Assembly (NCBI GenBank): GCA_951406725.2
Contig: OX597826.1
Span: 45,880,001 to 45,944,000 of the forward strand
Source of the DNA: Octopus vulgaris
Lineage: Eukaryota
Length of the DNA stretch: 64,000 nt
Reading direction: 5' to 3'
A model generated the notes under the pieces. The model made no database searches. It was not told the DNA's origin and worked only from the letters and a program-made list of their open reading frames with translations. A program made the position numbers and the translations under genes. Positions 27,131 to 39,849 of the stretch are shown one piece after another; positions within the stretch are counted from its first letter, which is position 1, and each line of letters opens with the position of its first letter.

Positions 27131-28289
27131 CATACATACATACAAACATACATACATACATACATAATACATACATACATACATACATACATACATACAT
27201 ACATACATACATACATACATACATACATACATAAATACATACTATGTTTCGCCGGAAGGCCATTTCCAACTCACACTTTTAATTTTCCTTCCTTTATTCT
27301 GAGTTGCGAGATCATGTTCCTCTTATCACCTTTTAACACAAAGTATGTGTGTGTGCGCGCAGAATGTCATTCTGCTATCTACTGTCGTGAATTTCAGATT
27401 GCAGTTCCAACCACTTTGCATCGTTTAAATGTTGGTGATCCTGGTTATAAGTTTCCCTCGTTGATGGTCTGTTGATTAATCATCTTACTGCACGCTTGTT
27501 TATTTGGTAAACCTGATGAGTTGAGAGTGTCACAACGATTTTTTCAGAATCTTATGGATGTTGTGCATACTGCATATCTGACTGTACTACGCATACGTAA
27601 CAATAAAGAATCTAAGTGAAACAATTACAGCAGCACTAGATAACCCATTCGTCTATCTTTATGAGATAGATGGATGGGCAGACAGCCAGCCAGCCAGATA
27701 GACAGAGAGGCAGGCAGACAGACAAACAGATAGTTAGATAGATACATAGATAGATAGAATTTAATTCTTATGAACACCTATATTCAAACTGTTGACCGTT
27801 CTAGTCCAAGCACAGCTGATAATACGAAGCAATGAAATTGCAAATACTTAGAAACATTTTGTTCAGTATTTGTGCAGATTCTCGTCTAATGGGTGCCCTC
27901 AGTTGGTCGACTGTTGCCTGTTTTGTACTGTAAAATTTATCTTTTAAGTATCATTGCATAAAAAAAGTCAAGTGGTGTGAGATCCGGTGAAAGCAGAAAG
28001 TATTCTACTAAACCCTTTTCTCCAGTCCACAAGTTTGGTAATATCTCATCAACGAAGGCCCTTACATTACTATGGTAGAGTCGGCAAGCCCCAAATTATT
28101 GGTAATAGAGCTCCACAACTTCTTGAATGCATAGCATGACAGATTATGATTACAAGGTCAAGTAAAGAAGACTTGTCACAGAACGGTTGTAAATGAATGG
28201 TTCAATTAAAACATTTTGATGTTAGGCCGCACCATAATGATAAATTAATATTCTGTTCCTCATAATAAACGTTTTCTAAGATCCACGGA

Positions 28290-28861
28290 GAGGCGCGTGG
28301 CTTAGTGGTTAGGGTGTCAGCATCACGATCGTAAGATTGTGGTTTCGATTCCTGGACCGGGCGACACGTTGTGTTCTTGAGCAAAACACTTCATTCCACG
28401 TTATTCCAGTCCACTCAGCTGGCGAAAAAGGAGTAACGCTGCGATGGACTAGCGTCCAATCCATCCTGGGAACACATACGCCATGAAAACCGGGAAACCG
28501 GGCCCATGAGCCTGGCTAGGCTTTAAAAGGGCGCAGTGGAGGCGCAATGGCCCAGTGGTTAGGACAGCGGACTCGAGGTCGGATGATCGCGGGTTCGATT
28601 CCCAGACCGGGCATTGTGTGTGTTTATTGAGCGAAAACACTTAAAGCTCCACAAGGCTCCGGCAGGGTGTGGTGGTGACCCCTGTTGTACTCTTTCGCCC
28701 CAACTTTCTCTCACTCTTTCTTCCTGTTTCTTGGGTAACGCTGCGATGGACTGGAGTCCCGTCCAGCTGAGGGGAACACATACGCCACAGAAACCGGGAA
28801 ACCGGGCCCATGAGCCTGGCTAGGCTTGAAAAGGGAGCATAAATAAATAAATAAATAAATA
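28290..28861 (+). mobile_element. Composite of two tRNA-derived S3-type SINEs with a 9-bp TSD
   Basis: TSD atccacgga at 28281-28289 and 28862-28870; two tRNA-like heads (28290, 28538); (TAAA)n tail. Confidence 0.88.
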
Positions 28862-29384
28862 ATCCACGGAAGGTGGGATTGTGGCGGTTAATTGAACAAT
28901 TTAATCTAAATGTAATTTTATCTCTCCAAGCAATCTTTATTGGAAAGTATGTATCTTCTATACATCTTGTCAAATACCACTCACAGAGCCTCACTCTTCA
29001 GTCCGAATAATCTCCGTTCAGCGGGAGGACTATTTAAAGAATGCAACTTTCCTAATGACAGCACAGCAAAATACGATGGTCGTCTAATTTTGAAATTTCT
29101 TTCTCATGACTTGCTTGCACATATTTTCTTGAACTCTAGGAATGCTTTTCTAATACACTTACATGCTTTGTGGGATTTTACGATGCCCACATTCTTCCGG
29201 AAAGTATCTTGTGAACATTGTGAACAGTTCGCCCGCCTCAAAGTTACTCGCATCTCCAATTCAAGTGATAATAAGTGATATACATAACGGGAAGCTTTAT
29301 GAAAATAGACAAAAGACGAAGGCAGGTGGGAAACAAACAAACAATTGTATTAGTATGGCGCTCAGGAAATATAAATAAAACAAG

Positions 29385-29422
29385 TCTTTAACGTTTCGAG
29401 CCTACGCTCTTCAACAGAAAGA
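29385..29422 (-). ncRNA. Minimal type I hammerhead-like motif (CUGUUGA variant) in a Penelope-type fragment (~29280-29550)
   Basis: Minus strand: tcttt-CTGTTGA-a-gagc(gtag)gctc-GAAA-CG-TT-aaaga. Confidence 0.6.
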
Positions 29423-30009
29423 TACACAGAGAGAAAAAAAAACACAGAAAGAAGGAGAGAAAAAAATGCGTGCAGTAACTAACGAATCAACATGGCGATC
29501 TGATTTCAGCCAGAGGTCAAAGATCAAACATGAGACGCGAGAGCGAAATATACATACATACATACATACATACATACATACATACATACATACATACATG
29601 CATACATACAACATACATACATACATACATACATACATACATACATACATACATACATAGACACACACTAGTCAGACAAAATATACTATGTTTCGCCGGA
29701 AGGCCATTTCCAACTCACACTTTTAATTTTCCTTCCTTTATTCTGAGTTGCGAGATCATGTAGGTGGGTTTGTTAGAAACTTCCTCCTTAACTCTTTCTG
29801 CACTTTGACTACGTTTTTAAACTTCCAATAACATTTAGAATAAATTTCCTTTGTTCTAAGCTTAGTCTGGCTCTTTTCATTATTTCTAATGAGTTAACTT
29901 CAAAAAGAAATGAAAGTATAAAGTTGTATAGCTGATGTAGTGTGTATGTATTTTGGTGAGGACACCCTGTATATATAATGCAAGCATACAAACAACACAC
30001 ATACACACG

Positions 30010-30079
<70 letters not shown>

Positions 30080-30166
30080 GTTAAATAAATATGTATATAT
30101 ATATAGTTAAATAAATATGTATATATATGTACATTTAATTTATATATTTTATGCACACGCACATGT

Positions 30167-30205
<39 letters not shown>

Positions 30206-30357
30206 ATCACACTCTCTCACACACACACACATATACATACACACAGAGTCGCTGACATATTTGTGTTGCAACTCTCTATATATAAACACATATGGTATTC
30301 ATGTATAAACTTCTGAAGTTGATTGTTTATTCAAAATATTTCGTAAGAAAAAAAAAA

Positions 30358-30398
<41 letters not shown>

Positions 30399-30443
30399 AT
30401 GATGATGATGATAATAATAATAATGATAATAATAATAATAATA

Positions 30444-30497
<54 letters not shown>

Positions 30498-30786
30498 TCC
30501 CAGTATCATCTGTCATCAAATGCTTTCTTTTGCTCGCAATCACCCCAATCTACTTCAAATGATTGCTTTAATCTATAAGACCACCTTACAGTAATATGTC
30601 CAAGAATTATACATCAATCTTCACTCTAAATATTATTAACATATATTTATGCTTACAAATATCGTTTTCTAATATGGTTCGTGGGAAAAATGTCGAAGAT
30701 ATATTTTACTTGTTTCAGTCATTTGATTACGGCCATGTTGGAGTACGACCTCGGAGGGCTAAAGTCACGTATTTATTCTATCGGTG

Positions 30787-31208
30787 TTTCTTATTTCTTT
30801 ATTGCTCACAAGGGGCTAAACGTGGAGGGGACAAACAAGGACAGACAAACGGATTAAGTCGATTACATCGACCCCAGTACACAACAGGTATTTAATTTAT
30901 CGACCCCGAAATTATGAAAGGCAAAGTCGACCTCGGCGGAATTTGAACTCAGAACGTAACACCAGACGAAATACCTATTCCTTTACTACCCACAAGGGTC
31001 TAAACACAGAGGAGACAAACAAGGACCGACAAATGGATTAGGTCGATTACATCGACCCCAGTGCGTAACTGGTACTTAATTTATCGATCCCGAAAGAATG
31101 AAAGGTAAAGTCGACCACGGCGGAATTTGAACTCAGAACGTAACAGCAGACGAAATACCGCTAAGCATTTCGCCCGGTGTGCTAACGTTTCTGCCAGCTC
31201 ACCGCCTT
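30787..31208 (-). mobile_element. SINE S2 with an internal tandem duplication, nested in an S1 copy (~30705-31495)
   Basis: Two consecutive S2 cores; S1 halves lie on either side. Confidence 0.85.
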
Positions 31209-31553
31209 CTATCGGTGTTTCTGTCCTGCACTGCTAAGTTACAGACGTAATCACACTAATACCAGTGGCCAAATGGTAGTGGTGGCGGGGAAACAAACAC
31301 ACACACACACACACAATACACACACACACATGACTTCTCCTTCAGTTTTTGTCTACCAAATCCACTCACATGGCTCTGGTCAGCCCTAGGCTATAGTAAA
31401 AGATACTTGCCCAAGGCGCTACGCAATGGGACTGAACCCAGAACCATGTGGTTGGTAAGCAAGCTTTTTACATACCACTCAGACATGCCTGAGCCTATAT
31501 GTAGCGTTAGTTGAACTAATTCTGAATTAATTTCGTTTAACGGCCCCCTAGAG

Positions 31554-31754
31554 CAGTGGTTTTCAACCAGGGTTCCGCCAGTACAGTCCAGGGGTTCCGC
31601 AAGAAGTTACAAAACTGCTAAAATCGGCAGTAATTTTTAATTCACCTGTGCAGATATGTGTGCATAAGACTATTAAATTATTGCACAGAGGTTCCCCGAG
31701 CCAGTGGAATGTTTCCTTGGGGTTCCGCTCCAGAAAAATGTTTGAAAAGCACTG
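31554..31754. mobile_element. hAT (Charlie-like) MITE, 201 bp, 8-bp TSD
   Basis: TIRs cagtggttttcaac / tttgaaaagcactg; TSD ccctagag on both sides. Confidence 0.93.
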
Positions 31755-32664
31755 CCCTAGAGGAATGAATGACGAAGTAAATCTCTGTTTTATTTGCACT
31801 CTGATCGTAAAGAGATATGTCTGAAATGTAATCGTCCGGTCTGCTGCTTAAGAAAGCATAATTAGGCAGTGTTTCAGTACCACATATCAGAGAGATATGA
31901 GACTAAGGAGGGATTGGACGGGATTAAGGATGTGAGATGAAGAATGAAGGATGTTGTTGTTATTGATGTTCCTATGATCTAGCTCTAGGTCAAGCTTGTT
32001 CATAAACATCTCTTGTCAAATGTTTTGGGTATATCCCAAGATTAGTCCTCATCAAATAGACATTTCAGCAAGGGTTGCTCAGCTGTAGATATGACACTTT
32101 AGACTGATGCGGAGCACTTGAGACTGCATTATTTCATGTGGCATTCTTTGTCAGACATGTAGGTGCGATTTGAGAAAAATTTGGTGCTTATTTCTCACAG
32201 ATCGATGGACAGCGTAAAGTAATTCTTATTGGCTATGGGGTCATCAGATAGGTTTTGTCAAAGATGATATGGTATGGCATCAGACAAACACACATAGGCA
32301 CACACATAGATGTACCACACACAGATACACAACCTGACACACATACACTCACTCACACAGACACCCTGACACACATACACGCACACACTCGCACACTCAC
32401 ACACATACACGCACACGCACTCACCCTGACACACATACACGCACACACACACACGCGAACGCATGCACACACGCACACATGTGCATGCACGCAGACATAC
32501 GCGCGCGCACACACATGCACACACATACGCACGCACACGTCGTTTATTGATAATAAATGTTCATCACTCAACTTGAGTTTCATACCATTGCAACCATCAG
32601 GTGAGAAGATAGGGGTAGGAAACTCGAGTTTCAAGATAAACATCCATTTTTGATATACCATAAA

Positions 32665-32866
32665 TATTCTTTTCTATTCTAGGCACAAGGCCCGAAAATT
32701 TGGGAGAGCAGGGCAGTCGATTAGATCGACCTCAGTACGCAACTGGTACTAAATTGATCGACTCCGAAAGGATGAAAGGCAAAATCGAACTCAGAACGTA
32801 AGGACAGACGAAATATTGCTAAGCATTTCGCCCGGCGTGCTAACGCTTCTGCTAGCTCGCTGCCTT
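32665..32866 (-). mobile_element. SINE S2
   Basis: Reverse-complement S2 core. Confidence 0.85.
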
Positions 32867-34346
32867 AACATACCATTAATGTTACAACATGTATTGAGCA
32901 ATTCTCTCTCATTTGTCCCACGTATGAGCGTGTTCAGTAATAGTATTCACACCAGTTGCCTATGTGCAAATTCTGGTCTACAAATCTCTAGCACTTAACT
33001 TGCTACAAGATTTAGAAAGAGAAAAAATGTAGGGAGAAGTATTTTTACTGTAAAACCTGCACCGAGAATTTGCTTTAAGTAGAGTAAATTCATGCAGAGT
33101 CTACCCAACTCCCACCTTCCAGATTGTGTTACCAAGATTAAGGAATAGATTGTCACGTGTCAGACAAGGATGATAAGTGTTAAGCAAGGTAGGGACTCAA
33201 AATCCGAACAGACTGATTTTTATCTCCTTTACCATCTTAGTTCACCCAAGTCCGTTTAATAGCACCAAACATACATATAAATCTACAGTGATGTAAAGTG
33301 GCAATATTGGCAGTTTCCTTCCTTAGACGAAACATACCTTTGATTATAACAAACACACGTGGCCACTTTATGTTGTCCGTTTACGCCACGCAGGACATTC
33401 TGTGCATAGGTCATTCTATTCTGTACCGTAAGCCTTGCACAGGAACATACTAGAATCCTCAAAATAAGTTATTTAATCGCAATTTGATATATCAAATCTG
33501 TATCCAGAAAATTCGCCATATAAGAATATTCGCGGTGAGACAAATTTGCCGCTTGGACAATGATAAAGCATGTTTTAAAATAAACAAACAAAAACAAGAA
33601 TGATAAAAAGTTTTACAAAGTCATTAAATAGGCAAGTCTTTTATTCAACGTCAAAGCCTAAAGAAACAAGATGAGGTCATTTAAGATGAAATTTCGATGG
33701 AATTCTGTTTTAAATACACCATATAACGCCTCATAACGTTTTTTTATTTCTTGGAATTTTCAGAATTTTTTTGCAAATTTGTATTCTACAGACGTTTTTT
33801 ACACGACCACGAAAAAATTTTCTTTTAATGGTTCGAATTTTTTTTCATTTTTTGTTTTCAAGTTTTGGAATTTGTTTTTTTAAATCATAGTTTAGAATAT
33901 GGACGGTCCGAATTCTTGGCTTAATTGCCAGTAATAGACCATTAAGTGTTTATGGTGAGAAAGATATTGCAAGACACCAATATGTCAGAGTGACAAACAA
34001 ACGAGGAGGGCATCGTAAGATATGCTAAAAATAACAGCTAAATAGCCCTTAAATCACGCACCATTTTTTTTTCATAATCGTATGGATTGCCGTGTTTAGA
34101 TCATAAATTCGCAGAAATTTTCTGACCCCCACCCCCTAATAAAAAAAATTATGAAGGTTTATATGGCTCACTTAAAGCAGAATTCTGCCGAAACATTTAC
34201 AGCGAATTTTGGGGCAAAAATGGTGAAAATTCCTCTAATCATCCAATCATCTGCTACCATGTCTGAAACTTTTCGACAGGTTTACTAGTTTTTCAAAATT
34301 TTTTATTCGCTGCTAGCATAGGACACATGATGCAACTTCTTACGAA

Positions 34347-34738
34347 ACAGACGAATACAGGTATATCAAATACCATACAACATAAATTCATGATTTATTA
34401 TGCTAATTATCTTGGTCGTAAATATATTCAGTTCATTTTTTTTTTAACGTCTTAGTTCATTGGTTACTGGAGATAATGTCTGACAACTGAAGATGTCTGT
34501 TGAGTCAGAAACACGTGTCCACGGCTGTCCACTTACCTCCAGATAATAAGCTTCTAATTTTCCCTAGTTTCATGTCAGCTATGGATAATCCTTGGTGCAT
34601 GAGATTATCTCGCTTTCTCTTGTGGAACTAGTCTTCAAGTGCCATCTGGTAATTGTGACACATCATTTAGAAGCGAGGATAATTCTAATAAATCCAAAAT
34701 TTATGTTGTATGGTATTTAGTATACCTGTATTTGTCTA
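34347..34738. mobile_element. Old inverted-repeat element with a degenerate HHR at 34482-34529(+)
   Basis: ~60-bp terminal inverted arms. Internal gacaa-CTGAAGA-tgtct(gttg)agtca-GAAA-CACGTG-TC; stem I is imperfect. Confidence 0.65.
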
Positions 34739-34935
34739 TGTTGTTCAAACACATGCCACTCTGAGTTATTTCTCTTCCCTTATTCCTATGGGAATAAAGT
34801 TCTGAAACTTCTCCAACATAATAGTCGCTTTCCGTAATTGTTTCTAAATAGTCTTTGACTATTGCTGGGTTCATCCAACTTTTTGACGTGTCTTATTTTT
34901 GTTCTTTCACTCAGTTTTCCTCATCAGGCTAGTCC

Positions 34936-35022
<87 letters not shown>

Positions 35023-35974
35023 GCTTGTATTCTGGTTACAAAACATGCGTGCGCCTGCACACAGCTAGGAAGGAATAGTTTAAGCAAAGTTGAAGTGACA
35101 CTGATAAAATTTGAACTCAGAACGCACAGATGCGTGATCGAATACTAACTATGCTCTGCCCATTTGGCTATCCATCATCCTCGTTATAACATTATGATGC
35201 TAATACTTCTGACATGTATTTCTTAATAAATGTACTATGTGGAATTCCGAATGATTTATTGTGAAAATAATTTATCGGATTAAATATACGCAAAGGGAGT
35301 TCTGTGCTTATTGCACTCTAGTAAAAAAAATAAATAAAATGGAATAAAAATAAAATATATAAAACTAGATAAAAGTAAAAATTTTTAAAAACCCAGTAAA
35401 AGTAAAAATAAAACTAAAAATACTAAAAATAAAAAAATATATATACTAAATAGTGAAAGGAAATGAAAAGACCCAACGGAACCATTAAAGAAAATATTAA
35501 ATGTTTTATAACTGGAATCCTGTGTTCTGTGGTCGGAGTCAGATCCAAGAAAAAGCATAAAATTAAGACTAGAGACATATTAAATGGATAAATATTTTAA
35601 ATTGTTATATAAACACAAGAGAAGTACTGGGATATTTAGTTCGGACTGAGTGACCGGATTATGTGTTGGACCACACACACGCAAATAGATTGAACGTGCA
35701 CTCAGACATGTGTGTATGTGTGTGTGTGTGTATGAATGTGTTTATATATAAGTGTGTATTGTATATACATGTACACAGACACACACACACATACATACAT
35801 AAATTTTTTATATAGACATATGTATATTCTTGTATATCTATATGTGTATTGATGTATACATATATATAATACACCAATACACATAGATACGTATATGTAC
35901 ACATGTATATGTGTGTATATATACACATTACACACTGCACATACATTATATATATATATATATATATACATACA

Positions 35975-36006
<32 letters not shown>

Positions 36007-36254
36007 CATATATATATATGCATATACATACATACATATACATATATACATATATATATATACATATATATACATTATATAAATGATTATATATATATCA
36101 ATATATATATATATATATGTATATAATTGTGTGTATATATATATATATATACAAACACAATTATATACATACGCACATGCACGCACACATGCATAAACGT
36201 ATAAATGCGCACAAATCTAACAGACGAATACATATACGCACGAACACACATGAA

Positions 36255-36301
<47 letters not shown>

Positions 36302-36504
36302 ACACACACACATACACACACACACACACACACGAATACACATACAGATTTCCAGGAATTAAAGGAGCATTTAACTCATCAATTCTGCACGATATCCTTT
36401 GATTTCAGTCGCCACACCGATTCCTAAAAACCCTCATAAAAGAACCGTTTCTTATAGTTAATCATGCCGAGAAGCCCTTTTCATTGCTTATATTATTGCG
36501 ACTA

Positions 36505-36514
36505 CTGCTGCTGC

Positions 36515-36593
<79 letters not shown>

Positions 36594-36633
36594 GCTGTTG
36601 TTGTTGTTGTTGTTGCTGTTGTTGTTGTTGTTG
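36505..36633. repeat. (TGT/TGC)n microsatellite
   Basis: Directly visible. Confidence 0.97.
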
Positions 36634-36885
36634 TCATCGTCGGCGATGGCAGTACGGCTAGAAAGAGAGAGAGAGGTAGTTAGTTAATCTGCTTTTATGC
36701 TCCCTAACATAATTCGGTTATTCTACATTAAAATAATAAAAGCTTAAATTGAATTGCTCCACTCTCGTCGTCTTTTATTTATTTATTCATTTAATTATTT
36801 ATTTTTCTCGTTTTCTTATGAACGAAAGTAAAGCTGCCTGAAATGATGCGTTTAATTTGTGAAAGATCGACGGGACTTAAAGATA

Positions 36886-37398
36886 TCTATATATATAAAA
36901 CTGTAGTTGTGTGAGTGTCTGTCTACTCCGATTTAGATTCCTAACTCCTCCCACATTTTGCGGTGCAGTTTAACCAAATTCCAGTATCTTATAGTCGTGA
37001 TTCATATCGAGCCCGTCTGGCTTTTAGCGCGCGTCTACGATGAGTCTACGATTTTAAAAATAATTTAACATCAATTTTTATTCCATTTTAATGCATAATT
37101 TTTCGTGTGTCGATGGCGGCGGAGTTGGCGTCCACGCTCACACCTGCACCTGTTTGCTTCTCCCCCTTCTTCCCTCCCTCGTGAAGCTGTGGGGAAGGGA
37201 GTGTAAGGAAATCAACGTCGTAAAGCGTTGTCAAGGAGACCAGCGTTCTTTTAGAACAACGACTTCATGGCTTGAAGACACCAAAACGGAAATGGCTAAG
37301 AAAGCCCGAATTGGCATCTATAAGGGAAGTAACTCTCTAAAAATGCTTATATAGTTATTTCCCTTACAAACCTGAGCAACGCCGGGCGATACTGCTAG
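36886..37398 (+). mobile_element. Non-autonomous Helitron, copy 2 (513 bp)
   Basis: TC...CTAG termini, A^T insertion site, near-identical to 6297-6809. Confidence 0.85.
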
Positions 37399-37588
37399 TA
37401 TATATATAAGAACAAATAATGGCAAACGGATATTTGGCGCTAAAATAAAGAGCTGCAATATTTTCAGCATACCGTCCGATAACGTGTATGTGTGTATGTA
37501 TACATATATGTATATAAAAAAATACAAAATGGGACAAGAACGCAAAACATCCAGAAGACGATACAAAAAACACGGACGGTTCATTCGA

Positions 37589-37654
37589 AGCCTTTAATCT
37601 TCAGTCAAGAACCGGACCATCCTCGCAATTTCGGCTGATTAATCTTGAGATTGC
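37589..37654 (-). ncRNA. Non-circularly permuted hammerhead candidate, family 2
   Basis: Minus strand: gcaa-TC-tcaaga-ttaatc-agcc-GAAA-ttgc-(14 nt)-tcttga-CTGAAGA-ttaaa-ggct. Confidence 0.7.
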
Positions 37655-38429
37655 TCCAATCTGGCTAGCCCCAAGGAAAACCTGACCGCACGCGCGCGCA
37701 TATATGAAACAGGGCAAAGAAGAAAATGGAGTAAGTCTTTTTAATGCTCAGTTGTTTCATTTGAATTCAGTCTAATCAATCTTGCCACATTATGCAATAA
37801 TACATGCTACTATTAACTACTCTCCAAGTGACATTGAAATGGCACGTCCAATCAGATTAATCAGAATTACATGTTTCAAATGACATTATACAATTCTTCT
37901 TCAAATGGGGCCAAGCGTTGATTAGGTGGAGGGTTTCGCAAAGATTTATTATTATAATTAGTACGTTTCCTCATCTTTTGGAATTGTTGTCCTTGCTCCC
38001 TTTGCTAAGGAAAAATGCTCTCCATGTAAGTCTCCGAATAAAAGAGCTATTAGCTGTTCGATTTTCTCCATCTCGTAAGTAAACTTCAGTATGCGAGTTA
38101 GTCAAATATTTGACGGTTTTCAATATAACAATCATTTCACCCTACTAAGCTCATTCACAGATATTGGCTATCAGATGACACATTAATCTGGAGATTGCTT
38201 TATCAAATGAATGTCTGAAAATCTGGTAAAATCCATAAAGCTTTTATAATGACAAGCATGAAATATGGAGTGAGAAAATGTTTTTAATATATCAATTGGC
38301 AGTTGTTTCTAATGACGTTATACAGCTCTTCTTCAGTATATATATATATATATATATATCCCTCTACGAAAAGATCTCAGAATTTTAATTGATTTGCTTT
38401 TCGCAGGAAGGAAAGTTTCTTGTCGAAGA

Positions 38430-38491
38430 TACGTCTCGCTTTTATCCTTTGAAACGTAGAGTAGATGAAACCTTAGCGACTGAAAAAGGGG
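38430..38491 (+). ncRNA. Non-circularly permuted hammerhead candidate, family 1 (core G8A), in an (AT)n-flanked element at 38359-38700
   Basis: tacg-TC-tcgct-tttatccttt-GAAA-cgta-(16 nt)-agcga-CTGAAAA-agggg. Confidence 0.65.
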
Positions 38492-38721
38492 TTTTTTCGT
38501 TGTGTTAACTGTCCTGTACTCCATTTTTTTGTTTTTAAAAAAAATGTCCTGTTCCTTTGGTTTGTGTCTATGTTTTTTCGTTTCTCTATGTGTTCGACGT
38601 CCATTTGGTGTCCTGTACTCATATATGCGTGTATATGTACATGTAGAGGTTGGTACGTACATATATGTTTATATATATGCATATGTTTTATTTCTTTTAT
38701 TAATATATATATATATATATA

Positions 38722-38872
38722 CACGACACGCTTCCTTCAGCTTCTGTCAGAAAATGCGCTCACAAGGCTTTGGTCGGCCCGGGGCTATAGTTGAAGCCAC
38801 TGGCCCCAAACTACCACGCAGTGGGAGTGAACCCAGATTGGGAAGCAAACTTCTTACCACACTTTCACGCCT

Positions 38873-38875
<3 letters not shown>
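38722..38875 (-). mobile_element. SINE S1 5' half
   Basis: Diverged match to the S1 head. Confidence 0.8.
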
Positions 38876-38963
<88 letters not shown>

Positions 38964-39406
38964 GACAGATAGATAGATAGATAGACTGTTAGATAGATCT
39001 GTAAGGCAGAGATTAATTTTCCCAGTTGTTGTTCCCAGAGAAGGAAAGAAGATTAGAAATGAAGAAGGGAGAAAGTCGTACAAGAAAATTAAGATATGAT
39101 GAGATATAAAGTTCAAATACGAGAAAGAAACGGCACAGAGATTTGAACGACTGTGGTAAATAAGAAAAAGATAAAAAAAAAATAATACGAAAGGCAAAAG
39201 TGAAGGAAGGCGCATGAAAAACAGAAAGAAGGAAAGATTAACCTGAAATGTTCACATGCATGTCCTTGAAGAGAATATTTACCATTCACCAAGATAACTC
39301 ATAATGTCACCCGATCTCATTTTAGAAAACAAAAATAACAATAACAACAAGAAGCAAGGAGTGAATCATAAAAAAACCGTAGTAAAACTAATAATAAATA
39401 GATAGA

Positions 39407-39441
<35 letters not shown>

Positions 39442-39454
39442 ATGAATACATAAA

Positions 39455-39655
39455 TAATCCTTTCTACTATTGGTACAAGGTCTGGAATTTGAGGGGAGGG
39501 AGGGGGATTGTCGATAACATCGACTCCTGTATTCCACTGGTACTTAATTTATCGACCCCGAAAGGATGAAAGGCAAAGTCGAACCCGGCGACATTTGAAC
39601 TCAGAGAATGAAGACAGACGAAATACCGCTAAGCTAACGATTCTGCCAGCACACC
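39455..39655 (-). mobile_element. SINE S2
   Basis: S2 core. Confidence 0.8.
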
Positions 39656-39676
39656 ATAATAACAATAATAATATTA

Positions 39677-39733
<57 letters not shown>

Positions 39734-39849
39734 ATGATGATGATAATGAAATATATATATGTGTGTGTATGTATGGTATACAATAAGGGACAAAGAAGGG
39801 AAATATACATAGTAAACAAACATTAAAAGAAAAAAAGGAAAAAAGAGGA

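Larger units (their letters stand above)
27770..29969 (-). mobile_element. Old rosa/DD41D-like Tc1/mariner transposon broken by nested insertions
   Basis: 5' TIR TAcagggtgtcc; MKRARLSLEQRKFIL; [36 protein letters not shown]; LWCGLTSK; VRAFVDEILPNLWTG...SPDLTPLDFF...YLKDKFYSTK. Confidence 0.85.

Noticed and set aside
28538-28612. tRNA gene-like sequences (also ~14075-14147, ~58103-58175, 53967-54038)
   Set aside because: The cloverleaf stems are imperfect and each is the head of a repeat. They are SINE heads, not tRNA genes.
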